Positions 1 through 13,198 of a DNA stretch of 64,000 nucleotides are shown one piece after another. The notes under the pieces are model-generated. The model was not told where the DNA came from and ran no database searches. It saw nothing but the letters and a program-made list of their open reading frames with translations. Every line of letters starts with the position of its first letter. Within the stretch, counting starts at the first letter, position 1. The stretch lies in NCBI RefSeq assembly GCF_006345805.1, contig NW_021834485.1, positions 4,085 to 68,084 on the forward strand. The letters run 5' to 3'. Made by a program: the position numbers and the translations under genes. Origin of the DNA: Octopus sinensis (lineage: Eukaryota).

Positions 1-51
1 GATAGATAGATATAGGAAGATAGATAGATCTAGATAGATAGATAGAAGATA

Positions 52-85
<34 letters not shown>

Positions 86-90
86 GAGTT

Positions 91-131
<41 letters not shown>

Positions 132-514
132 CTTCAGTGACAAATCCTTAATCGTCAAAATGGCAGCAGAAATAACAGAAAGGAAAGACAGACATACGAA
201 CAGACAGACAGAGAGGGACAGGCAGTCAATCAGATTGAAGAGAAATTACAGAGACAGAGAGGGTGAGAGCAGGAATGTGAGTGAGTGAAAAGCATGCAGC
301 CATACCGACAGACAATAAGACATGCTGACAAACAGACAGGCAGACAGACAGAGAGGCAGTGAAAGCTAAGTGAGGTAAAGTTTATTTATGTAAGATTTAT
401 TGAGGGGTGTAAATGGGAGAGGGATGAGTGGGGGCAACGAGTGTTGAGAGGAGGTGTAGAGGGAGATAAGAAACTCCATAGCGTTGTGATCAGATAGTAG
501 CGGGTTCGCTCCCT

Positions 515-550
<36 letters not shown>

Positions 551-913
551 TCTCTCTCTCGCTCTATCCATCTATCTTTCTCTCGCTCCTCCACTCTAAG
601 CTGTTATCTTCTCAGATGTCTGCAAATGGTTGACAGATAACAGACTGACGTTAAATCGGAACTCAGGTAGCCACCATGTTGGAAAGGGAAATTTGACCTC
701 TGTTGCTACTTCACACACACACACACACGCACACACACACACTCACACAGACATACACACACACACCACTCTCTCTTTCATTCATTCTTTCTCTCTCTCA
801 CTCTCTTTCTTTCTATGAATATATCAATCTTCCTACCTATCTAAATATCTACTTATCCTCTTACCTCTCTCTCTCTCTATGTATATATATATTGATTTGT
901 CTCTGTCTGTCAC

Positions 914-975
<62 letters not shown>

Positions 976-1025
976 GGTCTATCTATCAATGGGTCTGTCT
1001 ATCTATCTATCTATCAATGGGTCTG

Positions 1026-1074
<49 letters not shown>

Positions 1075-1117
1075 ATATAATATATTATATATTATATATA
1101 ATATATATATATATATG

Positions 1118-1159
<42 letters not shown>

Positions 1160-1390
1160 TATGTTATATATATATTCATCTATCTGTCTTTCTGTCTCTG
1201 TCTCTGTCTCTGTATTTCAGTATATCTAACTTCCTCATTTTTTCTGTCAATATATGCATTCCTTGTACGTCCATGTGTGTGTGTATGTGTATGTGTGTGC
1301 GTGTGTGTATCTATGTACAACTAATCGCTTTGTAGGTGCTAAGCCAATGGTCAAGCTCGGACCGGCCATAACAAACAACCTTCGAAATAT

Positions 1391-1733
1391 ATTCTTTTCT
1401 ACTCTAGGCACAAGGCTCGAAAATTTGGAGGAAGGGGCCAGTCGAGTAGATTGATCCCAGTACGCAACCTCGGAGGAATTTGAACTCAGAACGTAAAGAC
1501 AGACGAAATACCTATTTCTTTATTACCCACAAGGGGCTAAACATAGAGGGGACAAACAAGGACAGTCGATTACATTGACCCCAGTGCGTAACTGGTACTT
1601 AATTTATCGACCCCGAAAGGATGAAAGTCAAAGTCGACCTCGGAGGAATTTGAACTCAGAACGTAAAGACAGACGAAATACCGCTAAACATTTCGCTCGG
1701 CGTAACAAACGTTTCTGACAGCTCGTCGCCTTA
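1391..1733 (-). mobile_element. tRNA-derived SINE family A, with internal module duplication
   Basis: Reverse complement of the head AAGGCGGCGAGCTGGCAGAAACG (A-box-like), B box GTTCAAAT and body GTCGACTTTGCCTTTCATCCTTTCGGGGTCGATAAATTAAGTACCAG; more than 12 copies in the window. Confidence 0.85.
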
Positions 1734-1946
1734 ACTTTCTAGATGTATTACTGATCCAGTGTTTTAGAGCGCGCTTATTTTTCAGATATATGAACCACTG
1801 ACGATACATACTTGTCTAGATATACAAGTTTAAGAATGAGAAGGCATACATAAAGTAAAACATACAAATCTGTAGGTATACATACATACAAGCATACATA
1901 CACACAAACATGCATACATACATACATACATACATACATACATACA

Positions 1947-1977
<31 letters not shown>

Positions 1978-2309
1978 TTGTCTAAGAGACATTCGCAATC
2001 TATGATATTACTTTGTCATTTAAGGAAGAATAGAAAGAGTAAAGGTATTACGTTTCGGATAAAGTTCTTTTTCATATATCATAGGAAAGTTCATGAGAAA
2101 CTCAGAAGAGATGAGAGGTGATTAAAAAAAAAAGAAACAGAAAAACAACGTATGTGTGTTCCGTCATGTTTGTGTGTGTGTGTGTGTGTGTGGTGTATAA
2201 GTATATGTGTAGGCTTCTTGCAGTTTCCGTCTTCCAAATTACTTCATTAAGTGTGTATTGTTTAACCCCTGTCAAAAACAAAAGACACTCGGACGTGGTT
2301 GAGTAGCGA

Positions 2310-2470
2310 ATCCTATTTCTTTATTACCCACAAGGGGCTAAACATAGAGGGGACAAACAAGGACAGACATAGGTATTAAGTCGATTACATCGACCCCAGT
2401 GCGTAAGTGGTACTTAATTTATCGAACCCGAAAGGATGAAAGGTAAAGTCGACCTCGGCGGAATTTGAGT
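2310..2470 (-). mobile_element. SINE family A, 5'-truncated
   Basis: Matches the body and tail of other family A copies. Confidence 0.8.
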
Positions 2471-3544
2471 AGCGAATCCGTTACCCAGGCAGTTATGCCT
2501 ACTTTAGTAGTTTCTAAAGGAAAAAGACAATAGTTACGGTAGAAGAAGAAGAAGAAGAAGAAGAAGAAGAGGAGGAGGAGGAGGAGGAGGAGGAGGAGTA
2601 AGGAGGAGGAGGAAAGAAGAAGAAGAAGAAGAAGAAGAAGAAGAAGAAACATTCAGCTACAGTGAAGAGTCAAAAATGACAAGAAAGACACGAGAAATTG
2701 GGAAAATTTCAAAGAAACTCATTTTTTCTATTTTTCGACGACCACTTGTTTATTTATGTTTTATTTTTGGCTTTTTAAAGTTTTTTTTTAATCTTTTCTT
2801 TTCTTCATATTTTCTGTTTTCTACATTTATTTGCTTTTTTTTTATTAGTATGTTTTTTTTTTATAGCTATTTTTATTTTCGGCCGATCTTTCTTTCTCTT
2901 TGTGTCTTTAGCGTGTGTTTGAAACTGGATTATTCAAATAAACAGGCTTTCACTTCCCAAAATAGTGATCAAACAAAGAAATTGGTAACAACCGATCGAT
3001 ACACGTTCGATCGATGCTTTAGTTTATATTTCTTTTCTTGATGTCTTGTCTTTTTTCTTCTCCCTTTTAAGTCGGTGCCTTAAGACAAGAACGGTCTGAG
3101 AGAGTGACAGAAGATCTCGGCAACTTCCATTTATTTGGTTTTCTCGTTTTTTCTTTGTCAACTTATCTCTCGTTACATATGTGTGTATGTGTGTATCTGT
3201 GTGTGTTTGTATATGTGTGTGTGTCGATATGTATGTATGTGTGTATGTGTATACACGCACACACATATACATATATAACAGATATATGTATGCGCATGTG
3301 TGTAATGGGTAACAACATCACGCCGGTGCGAAAAGCACGGAATATTGTGTGTGCGTATGTATGTGTGTGCGTTTGTGTGTGTGTGTTGTGTGTGTGTGCG
3401 TGTGTGTGTGGGGGGTGTAGTGCGATAGACAGATAGATAGTTAGATAGATGGATAGATAGACATACAGATAAATAGATAGATAGATAGATAAATAGACAG
3501 ACAGACAGACAGACAGACAGATAGACAGACAGACAGACAGATGT

Positions 3545-3585
<41 letters not shown>

Positions 3586-3586
3586 C

Positions 3587-3656
<70 letters not shown>

Positions 3657-3844
3657 GTACATCTATATATAATATATATATATGCATGTCTGTGTGTATG
3701 TCTGTATGCATGTGTTCGTGCGTGTGTGTGTACGTGAGCGTGCCACCTTAGTTGTTCATTATCTACCTACATGACTGGATATCGATTAACTTCTATGCAT
3801 GTCTTTTTACATACATTTAAGTTACCAATCTACCAAGCTAGTTG

Positions 3845-3876
<32 letters not shown>

Positions 3877-3920
3877 CCTATCTACCTATCTATCTACCTA
3901 TCTATCTATCTATCTATCTG

Positions 3921-4197
3921 ACCGAGGTTACCGTGGTCTTTTCCGTAGGCTTTTCTTTCCACGGTAAACCTCACCTGTCCTCCCCTTTACACTTCAATAT
4001 TGACTTTCTGTGATAACGATCCCTATTGATCAATTTTTTTCCTCTCCCCTTTTTTGTCCTCTTTCTCTCCTTTTACGATCCCTTTTGATCGAAACTCCCC
4101 CTTCCTTTTTTTTTTTTTTTTTTAAACCTTCAAAAGAAAGCTCTACCTTGTAATTTGTTCTATCTGTGTGCAGCCCTGTGTGGCTAATAAGAAACAT
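3921..4197 (+). mobile_element. 3' end of a LINE-like element inserted in a (TATC)n microsatellite
   Basis: Unique 280-bp segment between (TATC)n tracts; hairpin GAGGTTACCGTGG...CCACGGTAAACCTC (3924-3972); pyrimidine-rich UTR-like body; terminus homologous to the SINE A tail. Confidence 0.55.
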
Positions 4198-4250
4198 ATC
4201 TATCTATCTATCTACCTCTCTACCTATCTATCTATCTTTCTATCTATCTA

Positions 4251-4281
<31 letters not shown>

Positions 4282-4372
4282 TACCAGCCTAGGGAAGTCT
4301 GCTACATTAAAGGAAAATACATAATTTATTAAAATCCCTTTTTCAAAGTAAAATTAATAATTAATACTTTAA

Positions 4373-4587
4373 CCTTTTAGTATTCAAATTGGCCATATCA
4401 GGCTCAAATATTTTACATACTTTATGTTCAAACTGACCAGATCAGGCATCTTGCACCTACTGTACAATGTCATTCTAAAAATCAACGATCACATCATTGA
4501 AATCTCAAAACTACAAGATATTGTATGATAAAGTCGAAAGAATATGAATAAATAAGCATTATATTATATAATCTGAATACTAAAGGA
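4373..4587. mobile_element. piggyBac-type MITE
   Basis: TTAA at 4369-4372 and 4588-4591; TIRs CCTTTTAGTATTCA / TGAATACTAAAGGA (12/14 complementary). Confidence 0.75.
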
Positions 4588-4789
4588 TTAAATTGACTTT
4601 GTCCTATTAAATGACTTTGTCCTATTAAATACTCCAAGAACTTTACTGTACTGTTGGAGGTTGAATTATGAATAAGAAAATTAACTATTAGAAAATTACA
4701 ATTTAAGGGTACGGAAATGAATCCAACGATTCCTAGGGAGTTAGAATTTAACAAAGGTGAGCGGATCACTACCGTCAAAGACTTGACAA

Positions 4790-5392
4790 TATTCTTTTCT
4801 ACTCTAGGAATGAGGCCCAAAATTTTGGGGAAGTGGGGGCAGTCGATTAAATTGACCCCAGTAAGCAATTGATACTTAATTTATCGATCCCGAAAGAATG
4901 AAAGGCAAAGCCGAACTCGGCGGAATTTGAACTCAGAACGTAAAGACAGGCGAAATACCGCTACACATTTCGCCCAGCATACGTTTCTTATTTCTTTATT
5001 GCCCACAAGGGGCTAAATATAAAGGGGACAAACAAGGACAAACAAAGCGGCTGAGTCGATTACATCGACCCCAGTGCGTAACTGGTACTTAATTTATCGA
5101 CCCCGAAAGGATGAAAGGCAAAGTCGACCTCGGCGGAATTTGAACTCAGATGAAATACCTATTTCTTTACTACCCACAAGGGGCTAAAACACAGAGAGGA
5201 CAAACAAGGACAGACAAACGGATTAAGTCGATTACATCGACCCCAGTGGGTAACTGGTACTTTATTTATCGACCCCGAAAGGATGAAAGGCAAAGTCGAT
5301 CTCGGCGAAATTTGAACTCAGAACGTAACGGCAGACGAAATACGGCTACGCATTTCGGCCGGCGCGCTAACGGTTCTGCCAGCTCGCCGCCA
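4790..5392 (-). mobile_element. SINE family A, multimodule (three B-box modules)
   Basis: The block CGACCCCGAAAGGATGAAAGGCAAAGTCGACCTCGGCGGAATTTGAACTCAGA occurs three times with minor variants; head ends at GCTCGCCGCC. Confidence 0.85.
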
Positions 5393-5397
5393 TAAGA

Positions 5398-5800
5398 CCT
5401 GTTGGCAGAATCGTTAGCACGTGGTTCAAAATGCTTTCGTTCGTCTTTACGTTCTAAGTTCAAATTTCGCCGTGGTCGACTCTCCTTTTCCTATTTTCAC
5501 GGTCGATAAAATAAGGACTAGTTGGAAATTAGGTCGATCTCATTGACTAACTCCAACACCAACCCACCCAAATTGCTGTTCTTGAAACCGTTATTAACAC
5601 CAATTTAAGGCGGTGAGCTGGCAGAATGGTTAGCACCCCGGGCAAAATACTTTGCGGCATATCGTCCGTCATTACATTCTGAGTTCAAATTCAGCCGAAG
5701 TCAAGTTTTCAAGGTCGATAAAATAAATACCAGTTGAGCATCCACTAGCCCCTCCTCAAAAATTGCTGGCCTTGTACCCCATATTTTGTAACCAATATTA
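5398..5800 (+). mobile_element. Two diverged SINE family A copies in tandem
   Basis: TGGCAGAATCGTTAGCAC...GTTCAAATT and AAGGCGGTGAGCTGGCAGAATGG...GTTCAAATT. Confidence 0.75.
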
Positions 5801-6699
5801 TTTGCCATCTAGTGTCATCAAAAACTCTGTCTTTAAATTAATTTCCATCACGGCCATCACAAATATTTTATAGGTATCCGTTTACAACATCGAAACCTGC
5901 AAGCAGTTGAAGAGGGGAGTCGTTTGTTTAAAGTAACAGCAGGCTTTGGTTTCTACAACAGAATATATGAAATTAACTCAAGAGGGAGGTGTCTAGTGTT
6001 TCTAACAGCCTATAAGATAGGGTTGATATTATTTTTTTTCGATAACAACATTATGATATGTGCTTTGTCAATCAAGTCTTTATTCTCGGTACACAACAAT
6101 GTTTACGATATCTAATTGTCTATTTACTATTTACGATATTTTTTTGACGTTATTAATCCAGCCCTGTCTCTTTGAAGTCTAAATATTACTTTCTGATTAT
6201 CAAAACAGCTGTTGAGTGCAGTTAACTCTAACAGACGGTTGCTTACTCAAAACTGTGTAATGGAATTTCGTGGATAAAATATATAATCGATATACTTATT
6301 GGTAGGTTTTAATAGTTTAGTAATCGATAAAAATATCAATACTGAAATCAACATTGAATGGATTGCTGTTACGGAAGTAGCGTCGGTCACCAATTCATGT
6401 GACAAGGCAAGAATTCAAGGAGAGCGTGATGTTTTTATTTTTCATTTTGTTTTTTAAGGATTTTTTTCTCTTTATAATTTATAATTTTGTTTGAATTTTT
6501 GTGACCAACACAAACCTACCAGAACGCACACACGCAAGAACACGCACTCACACACACATACATGCAGACATACACTTACTAAGAGAACCAAATACACCGC
6601 GCACACAGGCGTCCGCATTCACGCACACATACACATACACACATACATACATCCACAAACACCAGAATACACACATGCAAAAATGCACATGCATATATA

Positions 6700-7099
6700 G
6701 GCGCAGGAGTAGCTGTGTAGTAAGTAGCTTGCTTACTAACCACGTGGTTCCGGGTTCAGTCCCACTGCGTGGCACATTGGGTAAGTATCTTCTACTGTAG
6801 CCACGGGCCGACCAAAGCCTTGTGAGTGGATTTGGTAGACGGAAACGGTATATATGTATATGTATATATATATGTATATGTGTTTGTGTGTCTGTGTTTA
6901 TGTCCCCCCCCCAACATCGCTTGACAACCGATACTGGTGTGTTTACGTCCCCGTAACTTAACGGTTCGGCAAAAGAAACCGATACAATAAGTACTATGAT
7001 TACAAAGAATAAGTCCTGGGGTCAATTTGCTCAACTAAAGGCGGTGCTCCAGCATGGCTGCAGTCAAATGACTGGAACAAGTAAAGGAGTAAAAAAGTA
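6700..7099 (+). mobile_element. tRNA-derived SINE family B, full length, with internal microsatellite
   Basis: Head GGCGCAGGAGTAGCTGTGTAGTAAG, B-box-like GGTTCAGTCCC, CORE-like TTGGG(C/T)AAGT, tail ...CAAGTAAAGGAGTAAA; many copies in the window. Confidence 0.85.
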
Positions 7100-7326
7100 A
7101 CGTAGATGATTGATTGCTTTGTTGTTTAAATATCTAACCAACTGATGAATAATGAAGACGTGAAATTGAACCGGCGTTTGTGTTTGCTATTGGCATAATG
7201 ACCGTCCCGTAATAAAACTGTGTGTGTATGTGTACACACACATATACGTACATACATTCATATAAATATATACATATATATACATACACATTCTTACAAA
7301 TATATATACTTACATATATGCATGTA

Positions 7327-7369
<43 letters not shown>

Positions 7370-7829
7370 CTGTAAATGCTGAAATTGATACATGCACAAA
7401 TGTAGATATATAAATGCGCACACACCCATGTATATTGGCTTGGATGAAGTGTGGGATAGTCTCGTCTGGTGTTGTATGGTACGGTACAGAAAAATGTGTG
7501 GTGGAGGTAGGGGTCGCGACTGCTAGAATCGAACGTGGAACCGGAGATTATCGGTAAACAAGTTTAGTGAAATGTCAGCCTATTCCATTACAAATGCACA
7601 CACATACTCTCTCTCTCCCACACACATACATATATACATACATACATACATACATACATACATACATACATACATGTGAATACGTGTATATATGTGTGTG
7701 TGTGTATGAATGGGTGTATGTATGTTTACTCTCGTATACAATTATGTATATACATATATATATATATTACATATATACATATATACATACATACACCACA
7801 CCCACACATATATATATATATATATATAC

Positions 7830-7863
<34 letters not shown>

Positions 7864-7976
7864 CTATATATATATACTACATATGTATATATATATATAT
7901 CTATATATATAGATATACATTCTTTATTGTAATGCTGGTAGCAGCCCACACCACCCATTCACTCCCTAAGCACTAG

Positions 7977-8024
<48 letters not shown>

Positions 8025-8074
8025 CGCTCGCTCCCTCTCTCTATTCCCTTATCTCTCTCCCCTTCTCCTCAAAG

Positions 8075-8391
8075 GCATCGTGTGACATTAAGATAGGCGG
8101 TTCTGGGCCAAAAGCAGTTCCCTCCACATCTTTCTACTAAATAAACACACATACGCAACACTATCGCCTCGACCACTACAAGCATTACTACTACCGCTGC
8201 TGTTACAAACCTCACCATCATCACCAGCATCACTAACATCACCGCCAAGGACATTCTCACGCACATTGTGGCCACCACCAAAATGCATTGGTTCTGCACA
8301 TTGGAATCTATTTGCCGAAGGGCGGATACCTTTCTTGCTTCTCCCAGCTGATGAAATACAGGAACCTGTTGGAAGGAGATCTGCCGCAATG
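8075..8391 (+). other. Candidate exon (5'UTR or lncRNA), ending in ATG directly before the donor
   Basis: Pyrimidine tract plus AAAG acceptor (8071-8074); donor G|GTAAGA at 8391/8392; unique sequence; all three frames have stops near the 5' end. Confidence 0.4.
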
Positions 8392-8466
8392 GTAAGAAAT
8401 ATAGAGTTTTTAATTTGACCGTTTCTTTAACATGTACGTGATCACAAATGAAAATAAGAAATTCAA

Positions 8467-8495
<29 letters not shown>

Positions 8496-8497
<2 letters not shown>

Positions 8498-9028
8498 GCC
8501 CTGATGCAGTACCAGGCAGTGGTTCTCATGGCTTCTGATCTTAACTGATTGAAAGTGTTATCATATACATTGTATTATCTTGGTATAAAAGATGGTCTAC
8601 AACAAATATTCTGCTCAATACCACAGATTTGCTTGTCATCTGTTTGACCTTAACCAGTTGAGCATGTCCCTCAGTGGCTGACGATATGTTCATCTCTGAT
8701 CACGAGCAGAAGTAGAGGGGGAGCATCATAGCCATGTGTTGAGAGGGATTCTTTGGAGTTTGAATAATTCACCTCTGGAAACATGGGTGTTTCGTTCAAC
8801 ATTCTTAAACAACCCTTATTCAGGGATCGTTTGAACGGGATGGGCTACTCGACCAGAAGAAAACTCTAACTGGGCCCCACCTGCAAGGTCATGTGCTGTT
8901 TATCTTGATATGAGATCACCATGTCGCGCACATATGGTTGTGATGCATGTGCCTAGTGTACCCTTATCAGGCGGGTACGTATATTTTATCTCAGTGTCAC
9001 TTTCATGGCATGCACTGTTTTCTTACTC
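8496..9028. mobile_element. Non-coding interspersed element embedded in an (AAT)n tract
   Basis: About 530 bp of complex sequence with (AAT)n on both sides (8468-8495 and 9029-9153). Confidence 0.5.
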
Positions 9029-9080
<52 letters not shown>

Positions 9081-9103
9081 TAATAATAACAATAATAATA
9101 ATA

Positions 9104-9156
<53 letters not shown>

Positions 9157-9159
9157 TAA

Positions 9160-9472
9160 AACTGGTACTCCGTCGGTCATGACGACGAGGGTTCCAGCTG
9201 ATCCGATCACTGGAACAACCTGCTCGTGAAATAACGTGCAAGTGGTTGAGCACTCTACAGACACATGTACCAGGGAGATTCAGCGTGACACAGAATGTGA
9301 CAAGGCTGGTCCTTTTGAAACACATGTACAACTTAATTTTGCCAGCGGAATGGACTGGACTAACGTGAAATAAAGTATCTTGCTCAAGGATATAACGTGT
9401 TGCCAGGAATCGAACTCACGACTTTACGATTGTGAGATGAATACGCCAAACCCTTCAGCCACGCGCCTTCAT
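9160..9472 (-). mobile_element. tRNA-derived SINE family D
   Basis: Reverse complement of a head TGAAGGCGCGTGGCT...GTGAGTTCGATTCC followed by CCTTGAGCAAGATACTTTATTTCACG; shared with copies at 10285 and 47823. Confidence 0.75.
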
Positions 9473-10284
9473 GCAAAATGAAACATCGATTAATATGTTA
9501 TAATAAATTAAGCATCCATGTAATTCTAATGCTTTATTAAACTTTATGGGATGTTGAAAGTAATTTCAACTGGGGGTTAGAAAACTTAGTCAGTGGAGAG
9601 TTTGAAGTTTCAATATAAGATAGATTCTACCCGACGGCCAAGGTTTCCCCATTCTTGCAATACAGGGGCACTTAAGTTGTTAGAATTAGAAGCTAAAGAG
9701 TCCTTCAGACTCGTTTTCCTGTCTTAGGAAATAGAGGTTACAGAAAAGAGAGTCGTCGCAGCTACACTATTTTTGAATATTCACACGGTTTGTTTTTGCT
9801 TCAGATTTTCCCTGATCAAATGAGTTCCATCCATGGCTGTCCCATCTTTTTGAATAGCTTGGTGTATATTGTTCCATGTGCTAGTTATCTTCGTGTGTGT
9901 TCTTGCTCTGCCTATTCCATTCTGTTCTTCTACAATGTGCATCCCTATATGCGCATGCCTCTGTGTTTGTGTGTGTGTACATGTGTGTTTACATGTGCGT
10001 GTATGTGCGTGCGCGTGCGTGTGCCGTTTTTCTTAGTAGCGCTATGACCCTCCCCTCAGCCCCGTCTCCTACCCCGTTGTCGCAGCTGCTGCTCTTGAAC
10101 CTGAAATTTTTGTACCGTTCTTGTAACTCTGTGTTTGTGTGTTTACCACGCTGCCGCTATCATGGCACACAAGAAGACGGAAAGTGTCGCTGAAGAGGTC
10201 ACAGATGTGCGACGAAAAAAATGATCCTCCCGAAATACAACAAGATATATATATATATACGCGCGCGTATGTATGTGTGTATAC

Positions 10285-10530
10285 TGTGGAGGCACAATGC
10301 TTAGGGGTTAGAGTATTGGTCCCATGATCGTAAATTTGTGGTTTCGATTCCTGGACCGGGCAACGCGTTGTGTTCTTCAGCAAAACACATCATTTCATGT
10401 TGCTCCAGTCCACTCAGCTGGCAAAAGTGAGTAATTCTGTGACGGTCTAGCGTCCCATCCAGGTGGGGAATATATACGCCATGAAACCGGGAAACCGGGC
10501 CCCTGTGAGTCTGGCATGGCTCGAAAAGGA
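10285..10530 (+). mobile_element. SINE family D
   Basis: TGTGGAGGCACAATGCTTAGGGGTTAGAG...GTTTCGATTCC...TGCTCCAGTCCACTCAGCTGG. Confidence 0.75.
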
Positions 10531-11171
10531 AAACATTTTTTGTTATATACATACTTGTATATATAAATCATACTTTTACACAGTTTCAGCGAACCAAATT
10601 TACTCAAAAGGCATTGGTTGGTCTGGACATATGTACAAGAAACTCGCCGAAGATCTCACTCGGTTGGACTGAACCGGAAACCATGTTGTTAGCGAAGCGA
10701 GTTACTTAATTTTAACCATCCGCCGTAGAGTTTTTAGTGACGATTAACCATAAGCGAATCAGCAATACGGTTTCGATTCCCAGATATAGCTAATTTCAGT
10801 TTGTCACTAATACACTTTTTCGGGAAATCAAGAAGCGCCCCATCCACGACCCTATCTATCAATCAAGGCTTAGTAAGCTTGATAGTGACTGGTTCCCCTT
10901 CTCTATATTTCTTATAATAAACCTTCATTATTTTATTATTTTTCTTCTTCATGTTTTCTTCATTTTCTTGTTATTTTCTTATTTTCTCTTCGTTACCTTC
11001 TTTTATCAGATCTTTCTTTCTTTCTTTTTTTTCTTTTCTTTTTTTTTTTTTTTTTTTTTGATGGTCACTGTCTGACACAGGTCAGTCTCTGGAAGTTAAT
11101 CCCATCGAAACAAATTAGCTTTATTCGTGTTTGTTCTCTGGATGTTGTTTTGTCGATGCTGCTGCTGCTGC

Positions 11172-11324
11172 AGTTTAAGGTTCAGGTAAGCCGTGAGATT
11201 GGGCAGACTTATTGATCAAAGACCACGTTCCCGCATTGACAAATTGACCATCCCAATTTTTTTGTTTGCTTGTTTTTGTTACACACACACACACAAATAC
11301 ATATATATATATATATAATATATA

Positions 11325-11373
<49 letters not shown>

Positions 11374-11380
11374 ATAATAT

Positions 11381-11464
<84 letters not shown>

Positions 11465-11471
11465 TATTATA

Positions 11472-11536
<65 letters not shown>

Positions 11537-11725
11537 AATATATACACACATACACACATATATAGATGCATATACACATACATATACACACAGACGTATA
11601 TATTGACTTTATCCGACATCTTGTATATCAGACAGCATTAATCTAACGTATATGTCCATCCGCTTATTTTCTAAGACGTTTTGGGTGACATTTGAGGGAG
11701 ATTTGATCACTATTTCTAACAGAAT
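11172..11725 (+). repeat. Old dispersed repeat (family E) split by a (TA)n expansion
   Basis: TGATCAAAG...TGACCATCCC half and ATTTGAGGGAGATTTG...CTATTTCTA half; related copies at about 29680-29850 (+), 46955-47150 (-) and 54360-54800 (-). Confidence 0.5.
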
Positions 11726-12684
11726 GGACGGCCCGGTGGAAGGTCTTTGATTAGGTAATAGATGGGTCGGTCTGTTGACTGGTTGATCGATAACAAAGTT
11801 GGATGGTTGGACGGTTGGTGAGTGAGCTACTGCATACATACATACATACCTACATAGATACACACACATACATGCACACATATATATATATACATCTGTA
11901 TGTGCGTATAGAAGAGGGAAAGCGTGTGAGAGAGAGCTGGTATTAAGGTCCGAGAAACGATGATGTTACTGCAAAGCCTTCTGTTATAAATCGACTCAAA
12001 CGTTTACACTAATAATACCGGAGATGTCAGATTTAAGAGACACAAATACTCCAGAAAATCGTCTTAGTGAAGCTGCCTTTTTGGTATAGCATGGTGAAGA
12101 GGGATGGTGGGAGGTATGGTGGTGGAATGGTGGTGGAATGGTAGTGGAATGGTGGTGGTGCAGTGATGTGGATTTGGTTACTGAAATTGTGAATACGTGT
12201 GTCGTATGTGTGTGTGTAGGTGTGTGTGTGTGAATGTGTAAGTGTGCGTAAACAATGTTGCTGTGGTGGTGGTGATGGTGGTGGTGGAGGCGGCGACGGC
12301 GGTGGTGCTGACAGCGGAGGTGGCCGTGGCTGGAAATAAAATGTTAGAAAGAAGAGTGAGTATTACAAACGGAGAAATAGCGAGGGAAATGCGATACCGA
12401 ATGAAGGGCGCGTGTGTTTGTACACACACACACACACATATATACACATATGTTTACATACGTGTGTGTGAACACGTGTGTGTGTGTGAGAGAGAGAGAG
12501 CTTATTTATGTATATGTATGTATGTATTATGTATGTGTGTGTATATATGCACATATATGCAGATACCCACACACGAATGCATACAAGTATACAAGGTGCG
12601 TAATGTATATGAGTACATACCTTTTTGGGGACATTGCTGCATGTTTTGCTAACTCTGTATAATCTTTGTTTCAAGAAAATAATA

Positions 12685-12840
12685 ATGGCAGACCCTCAGC
12701 TTACTCAAGAAATGAATAGGCATGTTGTTATTGTGGTTATAAAAGCTGAGCATAGCGATGTAGAAATATCTCGATTTTTAAAAGTTGCCAGATCTTTCGC
12801 CCATAAAGTTTGTAAGGGGCTAGAGACTGAAAGTGGAAAC
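12685..12840 (+). pseudogene. Tc1/mariner-superfamily transposase N-terminal HTH fragment
   Basis: Translation MADPQLTQEMNRHVVIVVIKAEHSDVEISRFLKVARSFAHKVCKGLETESGN has the HTH pattern EI(A/S)RFLKVARSF; similarity stops after about 52 codons. Confidence 0.6.
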
Positions 12841-13136
12841 GGAGATATTGTCATTCACACATATTTATATCAGTGTATTTACGTGTGTGGGGGGGGGGTT
12901 GCGCGTGTGAACGAGAGTGACCACAGTGGGAATGAGTACTCAATATCACCTTTGGCGGTTGAAATATTCTTAATTTGTGGATTGATAATGCTGCTAGAGG
13001 GTTCATGCGAAAAACCTTGCAGTTCTCAATTGCTTCAATTAAAAATGTTAACAATCCGTCTTACTGGGTAATCTTACCTTTGGTAATCTGTCTTACTGGG
13101 CTTCAAATGTCGTTTGTTTATATCGAGTGAGGGATA

Positions 13137-13198
<62 letters not shown>

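Noticed and set aside
11180-11192. Strong donor CAG|GTAAGC
   Set aside because: It falls inside dispersed repeat family E; no supported acceptor.
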